Origin: Adineta vaga
Lineage: Eukaryota; Animalia; Rotifera
Reading direction: 5' to 3'
DNA: 64,000 nucleotides
Assembly: GCA_021613535.1 (NCBI GenBank)
Contig: CP075496.1
Location: forward strand, 6,200,001-6,264,000
Part shown: in pieces, positions 26,337 through 41,055 of the stretch
Layout of the letters: each line of letters opens with the position of its first letter
Position numbering within the stretch: the stretch's first letter is position 1
Translations under genes and position numbers: made by a program
Notes under the pieces: model-generated
What the model saw: only the letters and a program-made list of their open reading frames with translations
What the model was told of the DNA's origin: nothing
Databases searched by the model: none

Positions 26337-29300
26337 ATGTGGTGGATTTCACGTTGTATAAGTATTGATTCCTTAAATTCATGTTTTCAACAACAAAAAC
26401 ATAGGACGAGTTATGATTTTTGTTTCTGTAAAGAAGGATCAAGTATTTTTGAAAAAAGGTGAGATTTTCATCCATTTTGCATGGGAATATCATTAGGATA
26501 TGCTAAAAATAGTAGAATTATCATCTCATTATTTTTTTGCAGTCAATAGCTGTGATCATCTATGCTTTTTCCCTCTCCGTCACTCACAGAAGATAAACTA
26601 AACAATACCTTCTAACATCATATATTATTAATGCGAATAGTCATTTTTCAGTTACACTAGTAACCAAAGTCATTCAATAGCGTTTAACTTGTGTAATCGT
26701 TTAGGGCTGATGTTGATGATAATGATAATTATGATTTATTACCGAAAAAACCAACACGTCATTCTCATCGCCATCACCATCATCCACAACAACATCATAA
26801 TCGTCGGCGAATTCCAAAGCGTTATAGTGATATTGTTGGTCCATCAACCGTAAAGATACTTATTCAACGAAAAGAATCAGTTATTCGAGAAAAAAAAACA
26901 ATCAATTCCTCAACTCATCCGCATTGTTCTTCAACAAAGATTGCACGTCATAATTCACTTAAACCTATTACTGGAACTGTCTATAATTGTGATTCAAATC
27001 GACAGATATCTCGTGATAATAATATTCAGAATTCTGTTAAATATAATGATTTGCTTGCACATCGAATGCAAGCAGCTATGAGTACAGAATTAATGCATTC
27101 ACTCGATCGAAATTTTGTTTTTGGCAATAGAAAACAAGCATCCAATCATTTACATAAGACTCGTTCACATTCATTTAATATTTGCGCATCTTGGAATAAA
27201 AAATCTGAATTAAATACTTATCAACATTTGATTCCAAGAGTTCAAACTACACAGTTCCAAAAACAAGATCTTCGTTCAAAAGAACCAACACCGGATTACG
27301 ATGAAAGCAATGATGATATTTTTATTCGAACAATTGGAAATAAGAATGACATCGAAAATGAAGAAGAACCCATAGCTGATTATGATGATTCAAAATCAAA
27401 TCTTGAATATGATATCGATGGTAAATCATTTACACATTCTGAACTTGGTGTCTCATCATCATTCATTATACGACAAGCATCTTCGACGCAAATGAATATT
27501 ACTGATGAGCACATACCAACATCACCATCATTCATTGATTTGTCTAGTGATCAAAAGAAATCTACATTTCGTTGTCGAACAATTGCTGAAAATTTATCAT
27601 CAAATCCTCAACTTATTTTCAAAGGTAAAGAAGAAAAACCTCCATCAGGTAATCTACAAACTGTTTCGCAATTGCCATCAAAACCACATTATTTTCAAGT
27701 ATCAAAAGATAATAAATTACGAAAAACTTCTCAATCTCTATCACGTTCATCATATAGTTCCCTGACACAAATCAATGATCATGATACTGAAATAACAAAT
27801 ATCTATCCAAAGCCATTGATAACAGATGAACAAATTCAAGATTGTTTATCGTCATCATCACCAGCGACATCAACTGTTCATGAAAATGAATATCAACAAC
27901 GTTCATCATCATCAAAAATCTATAATGATTATAAAAAACGAGCTTCTCTTACAAGTATACCAACAAATACTATGGCTAGTCATTCTATAATCATACATCC
28001 AATGCATACACGGATTGGATTACGTTCATCAACATCATCATCATCAACAAATGAAAAATTAACAGACATGACTTTATCAAGCAAACAAATGAACGTGTGT
28101 GTCATTAATCAACTAAATGAACATTTATCAACACGTTTCCGTAAGCAACAGCAATCATGTTCAAATCATACCGATCATCTTACTTACGATCCTCCACCTG
28201 AACATATGTCGGAGATTAATAATACTAATCATATTCAGTCAACTGTTTCTGATCAACCAAATGAAATACCCGTTGTCAAAACAGAATGTTCAAATTCAAT
28301 ACCACTACCACCACCACCACCACCGTATGTAAAACAAAATTTTATTTAGAAGTATAGATCTATAATTAATATCTTTTACTTTTGTAAGTTTGATCATATC
28401 TATTATTTCTACGGAAGGATCATACATTTATTCGGATTAAACAAATTTTTTTTCCATTCTAAGCTGATTTCTTTCTATTATTAATGTCAGTTATCCTCCT
28501 GATCGAAATCTTCAAAAACATCTCTAATTAGCAATTATAATTGTGAAGAGAATAAAACCAAATTCTCATCGTCTAATTAAATATAATTCATTTTCTAAAT
28601 TTAATTATCAAATTATGACATAGTTTTGTATGTCAATTCCCTAGATATATTCACATCTGTGTCGATGTCATTCTCATACATACATTTAATTATTATTCGT
28701 TGTATTTATTTCGAAATAATTCACTCTTTTCTTTCATTATATTGACTAATTAGATTACCTGTGGGTGGTTTTCGATCGATTAAACCATCGATGAATCGTT
28801 CATCTCAACCTCAACGAATATCGACGATGACATTCTCACGTGACGGAATTAATTCTGAAATACGTTGTAGTACAGGAACATCGACTATATCAAGTAATTT
28901 ATCCGATACACGAATATTATCTGAAGTAAGTGATGTGAAATAATAGAAGAAAGATTTGATTCAAAGAAATTGATTTAGTTACGAGAAAATCCATTATTTA
29001 CACGAGCAAAAAAACATCTTGACATTGAACCTGGTTCCAATGGTCGACGATCAGGTCGTCGATTGATTGGATCAACATCGAATTTAACTACTACTGAAAA
29101 AACAATAAATAATGAAACAATATCATATTTACGACTAGATAAATGTTTGAAGATGTCTCCAAGAAAACCTCTGAATGAACAACAACAATTAGAAACAATC
29201 ACTATACATCCTAATGAGCTTAATGGTCTTCTTGGTAAACGAACAAGATCTAGTAATAATATCAATGAAATCAAATCACGTTCATGTACAAAATCTTTGA

Positions 29301-29449
29301 TTTCAACGCCATGTCGACTTTCTGAACTAGAATTAATTTTTCAAGTAAAATCATCCGTTTTTCTTTCTTTTAATTTATTGATCGATTATTTTCTTCTTTT
29401 TCTTTCTATTCAGAAACGTGCACAAAGAAGCGAACAAAATCTGACGTGA
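26337..29449 (+). CDS. Uncharacterised low-complexity Ser/His/Pro-rich protein, multi-exon
   Basis: Long open exon about 26706-28326 ending in PLPPPPPP, followed by spliced exons ending SELELIFQKRAQRSEQNLT-stop. First exon (26337-26458) tentative. Confidence 0.55.
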
Positions 29450-29868
29450 CGCATTTCCTTGAAATATATGCATTGAGAGAAAAAAAACAGCAACAACAAA
29501 GAATAGATCAGCTCATTTGTTTTTGCACTATTATTCAAATGAAAATCAGCATAATGACAAAGATAAAAACATGCAAAATCTTACTGTTCTATCTTTTCAT
29601 ATCCATTATCAGTAAATCTTTCTGTTTTGTTCTTTTGTCAATAAATACAAATCTTCAATCTACGTATGTATATATATATATAACGTTTTCTCGCTTCACA
29701 GATCATTGTATATCATATACAGGCATAAACGCATACAGGGTGAAGAACAAAACGTATACATGTATAAGAAACAAATGGCACTCGGGCATTATGAAAAAAG
29801 AAAAATCTTGCTAAGGTACATAAAATGAAAGCAAAAAGAAGAGAAAAGAAAAGAAAAAAGAGATTTTA

Positions 29869-32547
29869 TCAGACACATGTCACCCGGGATATGGCAACAT
29901 CGTGATAGGTACAATAATCAACAAGTGTATTATTCAGTGCTGCAGTTTTTGAAGAAGTCATCGCTGATAACTGTTTATCATTATCGGCATGTTCTTGAAT
30001 GGTTTTTAACCGACAACAATTTGTTAGAAACCAAAGACGAGATGAATGTTTTCTTTTATCTTGACTTTTAAGAACTTTCGTTTGTTTAGATTGAAGAGGA
30101 TGTAAAGTTTTATTGTGTACGTTGGTTAAAACCATTGCCGATGGTGATGATGAAATCATATGTTGTTTAGTTAAATTCGTTTGATTTATCGGATGATGGT
30201 TATGATCTGAACCCGATTCGTTATTTTCTTTGGAAACATTCGATTCAGGTGCACGACGATAACGTAATAAATGTAAATTATGATACGACATCATAAAATT
30301 ACGTATTCGAATTGGAAAACATCGACATAAATATTTAATAAAAGCTCGACGAAATTCACGTGAGGAATAAGCATAGATAATTGGATTGACACTAGAAAAA
30401 ACACAAATGTTTTATTACTGACTATTAATATTCTTATTTCTTTCTTTTCTTCTCCTTCTTTTCTTTCTCTTTCCTTTTTGCTCAATTTAATACCTTGAAT
30501 TGATATATCCAAACCAAGTAAACATTTGAAAGACAAGGTCGCTTCCAGTTAAAATCTTTTCCATTGCTGATAATGGCTTGTTTTCTTTAATGATCCTTTT
30601 TACAATAGCTGTTAATGGATTATAAACAAAAAATGGTAGCCAACATAGTACAAAAATTCCCATGACATAAGCTAATGTAATCGTAGCTTTTTGTTCTTTA
30701 GAAAATTTTGTTAAACGTTTACCAATTGATGTTGCTGTACCTACGGTTGTATTCGTTTTCGATGTACGTGCTGCATCATAAGTTGAGAGTGCATCTTGTG
30801 ATGGTATTTTTTTCGTATTCGAATTTATAATTGTTAATTGATGATTATCAGTTGTCATCGATGTTGACAAAGCATTTAATGTGGGCATCGAAAAACGGGA
30901 TAGAGAAGAATTCTGTTGATCACTTAGATATGCTCCACTAATTGACTTTTTAATTGGTATAGTAGATTTTGTTGCTGATAATGTTGAACGTTCATCTGAA
31001 TTTGATGCGCGACTAGCTTCATGAGGATTGAATGTTGATGATGATTCACGTGCTATTGATGGTATACCATGGTATTTACCACGATGAATACGTAAACAAA
31101 TATCTGGTTGTGCTACATCAGGTGTATCATCATCTTTCAAACCTTTTTTGTTCTTTTTAGTTGTTGGCGATGCAAGTTTAACACCGGTTCTGAATGCTTC
31201 TAATTGTTTAATTGCAGCCCGATAAATTCTTATATAAACAAAAATCATGACAAATAAAGGAATATAAAATGAAATTAACGATGAAAAGAGAACATAATAT
31301 ACATCATCAGAGAACAGACAAAGATTTTCTTTATATTGACGTGGATTAAGACGCCAATAAGCGATTGCAGGAAATGAGATTAAACCTAAAAATAAGCGAC
31401 GAATAAAAAAAACGTGTTCGTTATTATTTGTATTTTCCTTCCCTTTGATTTCGATTTTCTTACCCGAACATAGCCAAACAGCGACAAGTAGATAAGGCCA
31501 TCGTTTAACAAAAAATGTCTGATGATATGATATAGGATTTGTTATTGCTGAATATCGATCCAGAGCAATAACACAAAGATCAAGTATTGATGCCGTACTT
31601 GCACATACATCAATCGAATGCCATAGATCACAACAGGTATTACCAAATAGCCAATACTCGTCAAATATAACTTGTACAATAGCAAATGGTATAACAATCA
31701 ATCCAACAATTAAATCAGCACAGGCTAATGATGCCATATAATAATAAGTTGCTAGAAAATAACGAAACTATGCTGATATCAAGTAGATATGTCTTTTTAT
31801 TTCTCAATATTTATAAAAAAAAATATTTAGTTCAAAAGATTTTAATGACATATGAAATTCGTTTTTTTTCGTCATACATTTCTAGCAGCTGTTTGTGTAT
31901 ATGAAAAATTAAATTAACACTATGAGAGAAATAATTTTGTTTGTAAATTAATAATAGAATATTTAAAAAAAAAGAATCGAATGTTTTCTTCAGAGAACAA
32001 GAAAGATATCATAATTAATATATAAATGTAATGAAATGTCTTAAGAGATTTCCAGTGAGCAGTTTTTTATTTATAAAAAACCAATGTATTGTAATCATAA
32101 AAAAAAAGACGACAATACGCATGATTCTTTTTCTAGTCTACATATATAAATTTCTCATTTCTTTTGAATTAATTAAATAGAGTATAGAAAACACACACAA
32201 ATTGCCTTTTTTTCTCATGATTTTTTTAAGCTTCTTATATATGGACGATATAAATATATGTATGATGGTTTTATTTTAATTGACATACCTGATTTAAGAT
32301 AACGTTCTTGAACAATAGCATATATAACAAGACCATTACCAAAAACAGTTATAAAACAAAATAAACTCAAAAAAATACCCAATGTTAAATTCGTTAATTG
32401 AGCATTTTCTTTCGTTGTATGTAGAGACGTATTTTCATTCGTTGAATTCAATTGATGATATTGATTTGACTGAATAATTGTATTGATTGTTGAACTAGTT
32501 GAACTAAGGAAGAGGTCATGAATGATTAACTTGGTGGAAAATTGCAT
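29869..32547 (-). CDS. Dop1R2: Biogenic amine GPCR, invertebrate dopamine receptor (Dop1R2/INDR)-like or alpha-adrenergic-like octopamine receptor
   Basis: CDLWHSIDVCASTASILDLCVIALDRY (Asp3.32, DRY), TM5 FSSLISFYIP, LRIHRG in ICL3, KFSKEQKATITL, CWLPFF, NPIIY...REFRRAF. Confidence 0.85.
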
Positions 32548-34348
32548 TGGATTTTTGACACAAATTGAATTGATAAAGATAATAATGACAACAAGAAGAA
32601 TGAATAAACAAGACTATTAAACATTGAACAGCATTCGTCATATTATGCGTTTTTCATTTGAATCATCTTGAAAATTAGCTAAATGATCTAGAAATACACA
32701 TAGTGTAAAAAGAAAACGCGAGTTAATCGAGATAGCTAATGATCAAACATTTTACAAATAAGAAAAGGTTAATGCTGCTGACATAGATAGAGATGCAGCT
32801 CGATGGTAATAATAACAACATACAAGTAAGCAAACTCGAATGCCATACTGTCATTGATCACAGTATGTGATGAGATACCAATGTAATCGGCAGAATAACA
32901 CATGCAAAAAATTGCCTCAAGTGAATGTTTACTGGATAGTGTCAATCATTAGTCTCGGCTCTTCTCTTCACATCCGGTAAAACTAACTGGGATAATTAAG
33001 TAGAACTAAATAGAGAAAAACTAAATTAGCACCTGAATTTACTTTTCTACAAATAAATAGTAGGTATTCCGTCATTTTGAAGCTTGTTTCTTCGTAGATG
33101 AGTGCATAAGTATGTTTTTTTTAAATGGATCTTAATTGAGTCTGCGTGTTCTTCTCAGAAGGGGTTGTTTTCTATTCTCTAATCGAGTGCACAGTGAAAG
33201 AAGAAAGAAAGCGAACAAGAAGGAGAGAGAGAGAGAGAGGGAGACGAGAGTATATACCAAATGTGTTATGTGGTATTTGTCGATCGATTTCGAGTAGAGA
33301 AAGATAAGAGAAGATTCAGGGAAGCGTTTCAATATTCCAATGATCTGCAAGATAAGAAAAGAAGAATAAAAAAAGATGATTGAACACGCCTAGTTTCATT
33401 CCAATAGATAATCAAGTGTTGTTTGCTAGTTGCCACTTCTTTTTCTTTTTGTTTTTATGTATTTTCTTTGTCTCCAGGCATTTTTTCTTTCTTTCTAACT
33501 ACACATTCATACTGACTATTTTGTTATTACTTACGTATAAATATAAATATATATATATATATATGTATTGAAAATTATATTATCTCTCCTGAACTAAGTA
33601 TTTCTATACTAGATAATAGAAATAACTTATCGAATCTATAGCAATAATAGAAGAGAAACGAAATTCAATTGTTACATTGAATAATATAATAATAAGACAA
33701 CTCTAGAAGTATATTGTTTGTCGTCCCCTGGCCTTTTCCACTTTTGGTAGAATATATGATGTAGGGAGAGAAAGATAGTTATCAAAAAATTGATGATTGA
33801 GGAAAACAACAAAAAATACCTGATCTACTTGTACTTAATATTTTCTTAGACTGTCAAAGTTTAAGTCAAGTTATTTGACGCTTTTTCTCTTATTATTGTC
33901 AATCTATTTAATATAATCGTATTTCCGTTAGACTAGATTAAATGTAAATATCGCGAAAATGACTATCATCTTCAATGTTGTGTATATGTGACAGAAAAAA
34001 AAACGCACTAAGTCAATAATTCTTCTAATACGATGCTTTGATTTCATCCGTCGTTTTTAGACTTGATCATGATACGAACGACAATCGAGACTAGTAATGG
34101 TCTATCAACATTTGCTATTAAATGCTCTTCCTCTCTATCTCTTTTTCATGTGACACATGTGGTATCAATAGTATATACTCAAGGTCAACCTCATGACTCG
34201 TTGTTTGGATTTAATACAAACACGATTCCATCCGGCTCAGTATTCCTACAATAAACTTATGCATGGAAATATTTTCCTTATATATGTATATCTCCACCCT
34301 CTAGTCATAACAAGATCGATTGCATACAGCATCGAATGATTGTCCAAA

Positions 34349-34371
34349 TGATGATGATGATGATGATGATG
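34349..34371 (+). repeat. (GAT/TGA)n microsatellite
   Basis: Run of tgatgatga... visible in the sequence. Confidence 0.8.
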
Positions 34372-37300
34372 ATTGTTTTCTGCTGCCGCTGCTGATGCCA
34401 TCACTTCTTTTTTTCGTTGTCATCTATGGATAGTGTACCCGTATTGATCGCGAATACTCATCTTTAGAAGAAGAAGAGGAAAAAAAATCTTTTTTTTTAA
34501 TGTCAACTCAAAACATAGAATCTAGCTCTCTATCGATTCGATACTCAATATTAATTAATAGGACATATATTATCATAAAAAATACGAAAGTCATTTCTCT
34601 ATCTCGTAACGAAAGACATTGCAAATAAAAGAAGAAAACAAAAGTATATTACTCTTATTTGACTTCTATGATTAATCTATTATATTGAAACTGAATCTAT
34701 TCAGAAAAAAAACAAACAGATTAAATAACGAATAATTTGATTTTTGAATTATACCTTTCCATGTAGTCTAGATCGATACATGTTTGTATATCTATCATCT
34801 GTAGTATGTCTAATGGTAGATTTTGAAATTAGTCTAATATCAATAAAAATTGCATTAAAATGAACAACAAGCGGATTACTTAAACGACCAGAAATAAAAG
34901 TGTAGAGAAAAAATACAAGATAAAGAAAACGAAGAAGCAGAACAGAAGCCAAAGAAACGAAGGGACTTTCTTTTATTCTTTCTCTTTCTTAGTAAATGAC
35001 ATTCAGGACGACAAACTACTCTATTTTGTTCTTTCAATATCTTATCGAGAATCTTATATGTCACTGCTTGACTAAACAAATAACCTAGTTTTAACTTGTA
35101 ACTTCCATCTAAATCAAAAAAGAAACAACCAACCAAGCAGAAGAATAGCAGATATTTCCATACATACCAAAGGTATACCATGCGACATCCATTAATTAAT
35201 TTCATAGACCAATTTTAACTACTTGAACGAATGTCTGGGTGACACACGCTCATCACTTGTCGTTCTCTTTCTCATTCTCAAACAGAAAATGAGCAAATGC
35301 ATGCATTTCCGTATATATAAAGAAGCTTTTGCTATCTATTGATCGTTTCGGAACGAATAAATACTTTTGCATATAACAATGACAATTAGATGTGTATTCA
35401 CCATAGACTATTTGTCAACAATCCGATAAAAAGAAAAGCAATCGGCACTAGTCGATTGCACTTGATAATTGATGTAAAATTCTTTGTTCGATGATATAAA
35501 GTAATTGTCTATACACATCGTAGCTTACAACTAGATTAACATCATCATTCAGTGTAGAAAAGAAAAACATATAGAAAACTTAAATGTACTCAGTTCCCTT
35601 CATAAAGATTCTCTCATGATCTCTTTTTATATCTGAAGCGATACGAGTAATGAATTTCATTTGTTAATCTATATGTAGGCGATAGCGGAATATGCATTAA
35701 GAAATGACTATACTTCCTACTTTCACAGCAGTCTATAATATATTTTAGTTTTGATCTAAAGCAAATAGATGAACATACGAAAACAAGAATATATGTTACC
35801 AACTTCAGTTAATAAGTGTAAAAATTCTATCAATAGAGATCTTCATATCTACCTATCCCTTGTGATTAGAGAATATATTTTTACATTATAAATAAATGAT
35901 AGTGTATAGATGAAGTTAAGATAACGAATATAATTCGTTATCGAAAATCTTATAGTGTTCAATAATTTTTATTATTCTACAAATTTTATAAACAAAACGA
36001 ATAAATCTAAACTAATTTGGTTTCGTATTGAAAAAATCCTTTCGTATGTTTATTATATTTCATATCATATTTATTTATCAACTAGATCTAATGATGACAA
36101 TAACGTACCTCGATAAACTATGTTGATTCTAACAAGCCATGATTTCTTATTGAGAAACATCGTGACAAGAAGAACACTAGTCTAAGAAATGCTCTTACAG
36201 TTTAGTTTCCTTCTTCGGACATTTCGATGGTTAAGAACTATAGATTGGAAAAAGGCGTATGTCGAAGTAGAAAAGAAAGACAGAGGAAGACTAACGCCAA
36301 ATACCACTAACAATCAATTTGCAACGAATTTGTGCGATTGTTTGAGAAAAACAAGTAAATATTGTTTCTGTTCGTGAAAACAGAAAAAGTTCATTATTGT
36401 CGACCTATTAACTAACATGGTAATGTCAAGTAAATATTATCTGGTTTGGAATTTGTAGGGAAATAAAAGTTTCGGTCGTATATATTGTATTGATACGTTT
36501 CGGTGAATGTTCTGTTTATATATAGACAAAAAGACAAGAAAAATATAATATTTGATTAGTATTAATAACGAGAAGCAAACAAATATGTCCTTGTAGAAAT
36601 CATACTTTTTGTTAATTACTTAGCTTTACATTAAATATTCATATTCTAGTTGAATCTGATAATAAGAGTTGAAATAGTAAATCAATAAGATCTTTAACTT
36701 TGTACTTGATATAATTCTAAATCTATCTCGTATTAGATAGAATTAAGTCATTTTTAATTAGACAGATAAGAAAAACCTTTAAGAATTATGTCTGTTACCA
36801 AATTAGAATAAAACTAAACTAAAGTCATCTTACCTACTAGAGACACTACCCTACAGTCAGAATAATAAAGATGTAAGAACATGTACCCACAAAATGAAGT
36901 TTTTTTGTGCGCATAAGACGATGATTAAAATCATTCTTATCAATAGCAAAAACATGCGATCAAACGTTGAATAACAGAGGTAGTCATTTTTGTTGACGAC
37001 TATGAAAAGAAAACTGCTTAACGTTGTCATGTTTCGGCGTATAAGAATATTGCATGCGGAATCTTTTTCAAAGATTAAACATCACAACTTCCGTAAGACT
37101 GAACGTTCTTATCCACAGTGATCTATTTAATTGAATTATCCTTGTTAAAAAGAAAAGGAAGAAAAAGAAGAAGATATTTTAAGTTTGAAAAACAAAACGC
37201 TATCTCTAATTCTCTTATAAATTCGATTCACTTATTTCGTTCATACGAAAAGAAAAGAAATATGTTAATACATTACAAGGTGCATATCTATATTTGAAAA

Positions 37301-37866
37301 AAGATAATACAAATGTGATAGCAAGAATAAGATTTTTATCCTATTTGTATTAAATGAAACCTATCATTACTTAAAATAAATATAAATTAAAGGAGACGTT
37401 ATGTTAACAATCTAGGGAAGGGCTTGAAAATTGCACACACTCGATGAACATTTTCCGTGCAATAATACTTAACATAGATTTCACGACGTATCATTAACAC
37501 TTACATTGTTAAGTATTGTCTCAAGAAATTCGCACGCTCGACATGATCAAAGAAAATATCTGTTAGTGAAGATAATCAAAGAGTTATTCATCATAATTAG
37601 TAGATATATTTCAATCAATTCTACACTCTTATTTATTCTCATTTTATTTCTATTAATATGCTGTCAACTATCAGAAATCATGTTAATTACTCGGATATGT
37701 ATTCTATCAAATAGATTCTTTGATATCTGACATATTCATTATTAGTATTTTGTTTATTCAACTTAGATTATTACTGGAATATCCACTTAATCTTCTAACA
37801 AAAAGATAACATCAGCGTTAATATTGATTCACACATAAGAAAGAAAAATAGACGATAGAATTCAAT

Positions 37867-38478
37867 TTATATAAATACATCGCGAAGAAGAAAATTTTGC
37901 AAGGATGACCATCGATTCGAATTCTCATATAAATATATCATTGAACGTGTTAATGAAGGTTGTAATGTTTCACGATGACATTCAAATAACCACAAAACAA
38001 TACCCCAAATGAATGCTGCAAACCATGGGAAAACTGGTCGTTGGGGTGTTGGCAGCCATGCTCGTTTTTGTGCATAGCGAGCTAAACCAACAACAATACG
38101 TGCCAAAAGATAAAAAATGATTTGTTCATTGATACTATTACGTTCATGAAAAACGAAATAACCGACAATAAAAGCTGATAGAAATGCACACCATGATTTG
38201 GACAGATGAAAAACTGATGAAAGAATTGTTCGAAGTGTTTTATAGAAGAAAACAAATAAACCAAGATTTTTTGCATGAATATAAGTCATACGAAGAATAA
38301 AACGTATTCGTTCTGACCATGGTTCATGACGAAATAGAAATGCTTGAACAAGTGAATGAGCAAAACGAACTTTAGCTCCATAGACAATACCTTGTCGTAA
38401 ACCTTTTATTAACGATAATGGCGCATGATAAGATGGATTCGTTAGACAACTATTAACAAGATACATGATTGTAGACAT
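37867..38478 (-). CDS. PXMP4: Peroxisomal membrane protein 4 (PMP24), intronless
   Basis: KGLRQGIVYGAKVRFAH, HAKNLGLFVFFYK, FAAFIWGIVLWLFE...LQPSL..SMIYLYENSNRW. Confidence 0.92.
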   Translation of the reverse strand: MSTIMYLVNSCLTNPSYHAPLSLIKGLRQGIVYGAKVRFAHSLVQAFLFRHEPWSERIRFILRMTYIHAKNLGLFVFFYKTLRTILSSVFHLSKSWCAFLSAFIVGYFVFHERNSINEQIIFYLLARIVVGLARYAQKRAWLPTPQRPVFPWFAAFIWGIVLWLFECHRETLQPSLTRSMIYLYENSNRWSSLQNFLLRDVFI

Positions 38479-39946
38479 TGGACTTAGATATAATCACATG
38501 TGTGTTTCTTCTTTCGAGTAGAAGAACATGAAACTCAGGTATGAGAATGAATGGATAAGAGAGATCGCCAAAGACAAAAAATTGTGTGAGAAAAAGAAGT
38601 AAATAGATGACTCCAGTAGACAAAAATAAAAGAAAATAAATCGATTCATAAACTGAGAAGTGTCAAACTAGCTTACGTTTGTAAGTATACAAATTAAATT
38701 GGTGCATTAGCGAACGCCGATTTCACATATAGATTCATCTGATGTGCTTAAATGAACAATTACTTTCGTCATTCAATGTCTATTCAAGCAAAACTCTACG
38801 TACTGAAGTATGCTTAATGGATTATCAATGTATTCAATCTTGCTATATCTAAAGAAAAAAAAATGATGCTAATTTCCTATCATTTCCTTCGATGTTATGA
38901 ACAACAAGTATGTCGTATATGCATCACGAAAAGAAAAAGATAAATTAGCAGGAAACTTCTTTTTACTGCGGATGTATAAATAATGAAGCTTTCTTTTTTT
39001 GGAAAGAACATCTATCTACCGATAATGCTCATTGATCTGTTAAAAAACGCATAATATTATTCTCTCGCAATCGACTTTTATTTCATTATATTTCATACTA
39101 TGTCATGATTATTTGGAATATATATGAAAGAAATATACACTACAATTTAGAAACTTCTTCATTAATGTACTCACATATATTTAGAGAATTCTTCGAATTA
39201 ACATATTAATACTGCTACGAACTATACAGATGAATAATTAATGATAGTAGAAAACTATTCTAACATGTTGAAACGATTTTATATAATAGAGAGGAATTCC
39301 TCGAGAATAATTTCTTACACAATGAATATAAAATAGGATTTATGCTGTTAATTATATGTTTTATTTTAGTTTATTGATGTAATAGCTAAAAATTTAATTG
39401 AATATATATTTGATGCGATGTGTACATACCTGTGAATGTCGCAAGCATAAAAAGTTGAATTTTAATAAGAAATCTTTGGTGAAACATTTGTAAAAATGTA
39501 TGTACGATATATCACTTCCTTGTTTCATGTAATTAAAATCGACACATGGTAGCATAACAAAACGTAATAATATTCAATAACTTCTTATATTATAATTACA
39601 AAGCAGAGGTAGAAAACATAACAAATTGTTTGAATTTGTTTTCTATTAGAAAATGAATTTCATGCTATCTGATTAGTTAATATAGCGAATAGGTTGGAAA
39701 TATTCTATGTGAGCATTACAAGAACATTGGTAAAAGTGTCAACTTAACTTTTATTAAATGTTTTTTCAAGAGTATAATGTTCAATAAGTGACTCTTCTAT
39801 ATCTATATATATTATTTCAATAGAAAAAGTAGAATAAATGAAATTATGCATTTTTGACATGCTCGTAACAGAACATGTTCAATGAAAGAATGATAAACTA
39901 TTAAATACATAATAATGAACGTTAACGATGACATTGTTTGATCGAT

Positions 39947-40517
39947 TTACAAAATAGTCGAAGCTAAAACTTGCAAAGCCATGGAAATTGTAGTTAAATA
40001 ACCAACAGTAAAGGCGAGAGATCGACCAGGTTGTGGTAAAGGCATCTAAATATACATTATAATAATGTATGAAAAAAGAGAAACATCATGAGGAAAACAT
40101 ACTTGATAACAAATAGTGTGTGCTATACGAGACAGAAAGAAAATACGAAAATGCCAGTATGCAATATCACGATTAGGATTGGTAGCAACATAAAAGAAAC
40201 CGATTAAGACAAATGGTACAATATTTTCAATATCATTCAAATGATTACGACGAAGACGTTCAACATCATCATCATTTAATGTTACAATAGTTGAATGATG
40301 TCGAGCTAATCTTAAATCTTCAGGATTGGCAAATGCCTATGAACAATAGCAATAAAAATGATGTTTAAATTATCATTAATAGAATATCTACATCTTTAGA
40401 AAATCGTTTCATTGAAGTCAATGCTGCCATACCCATTAGTTTTACAATAGAAGCAGTTGAATAAAATACAAAATTGGTAAAAACTGTATTATTCAGCGTA
40501 TAATAAAGAATCGACAT
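39947..40517 (-). CDS. MGST1: Microsomal glutathione S-transferase 1 (MAPEG), three exons
   Basis: AFANPED...DDDVERLRRNHLNDIENIVPF, WHFRIFFLSRIAHTICY, PQPGRSLAF. Confidence 0.92.
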
Positions 40518-41055
40518 TGTTGGAATGTCGGAATCGTTGAAAATTTGTTGATGAAATATATCCAAAATGAAAAAATCAAAAAGTATTTTAATGAATAGTC
40601 GTCTTTCTTGTACACACTTGACTATTTAACGAAGAGAAAATATCAAAAAAAGAAACACCAGCAGTTGCACAGTGCTTTTCTTCTGTCGATAGGTGCGCGT
40701 ATGTGTTTTAGGTTGGTTCTTTGTCTTTCTACACATATGACATCATGTCAAATATGTAAATAAATAAATAACATAATATGTATGTATGCATCAATCGAAT
40801 TCTAGTCGAGAGTCTTGTCCAATAGTGTCAATTTGAATTATTTATTTTACTATCGTATGATAAACTTGTTTTTTTTTTATATAAGTTTATACATAGATTT
40901 GTTTAATTCCTGTGTTACCGACAAAAAAGTGATTTTGAGAAAACATATTATTTTTAATTAATCAGTATTAGAAATAAAGTACAAATCGCAAATAACAACA
41001 TTTCATTGAATCTGTAGTAGTGTGTTTTTTTTTGTTGTATAAAAGATTCAATTGA

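Noticed and set aside
32600-37800. 5-kb gene-free stretch with short ORFs
   Set aside because: ORFs are low-complexity and motif-free; best explained as 5' UTR introns and regulatory DNA of the amine receptor.
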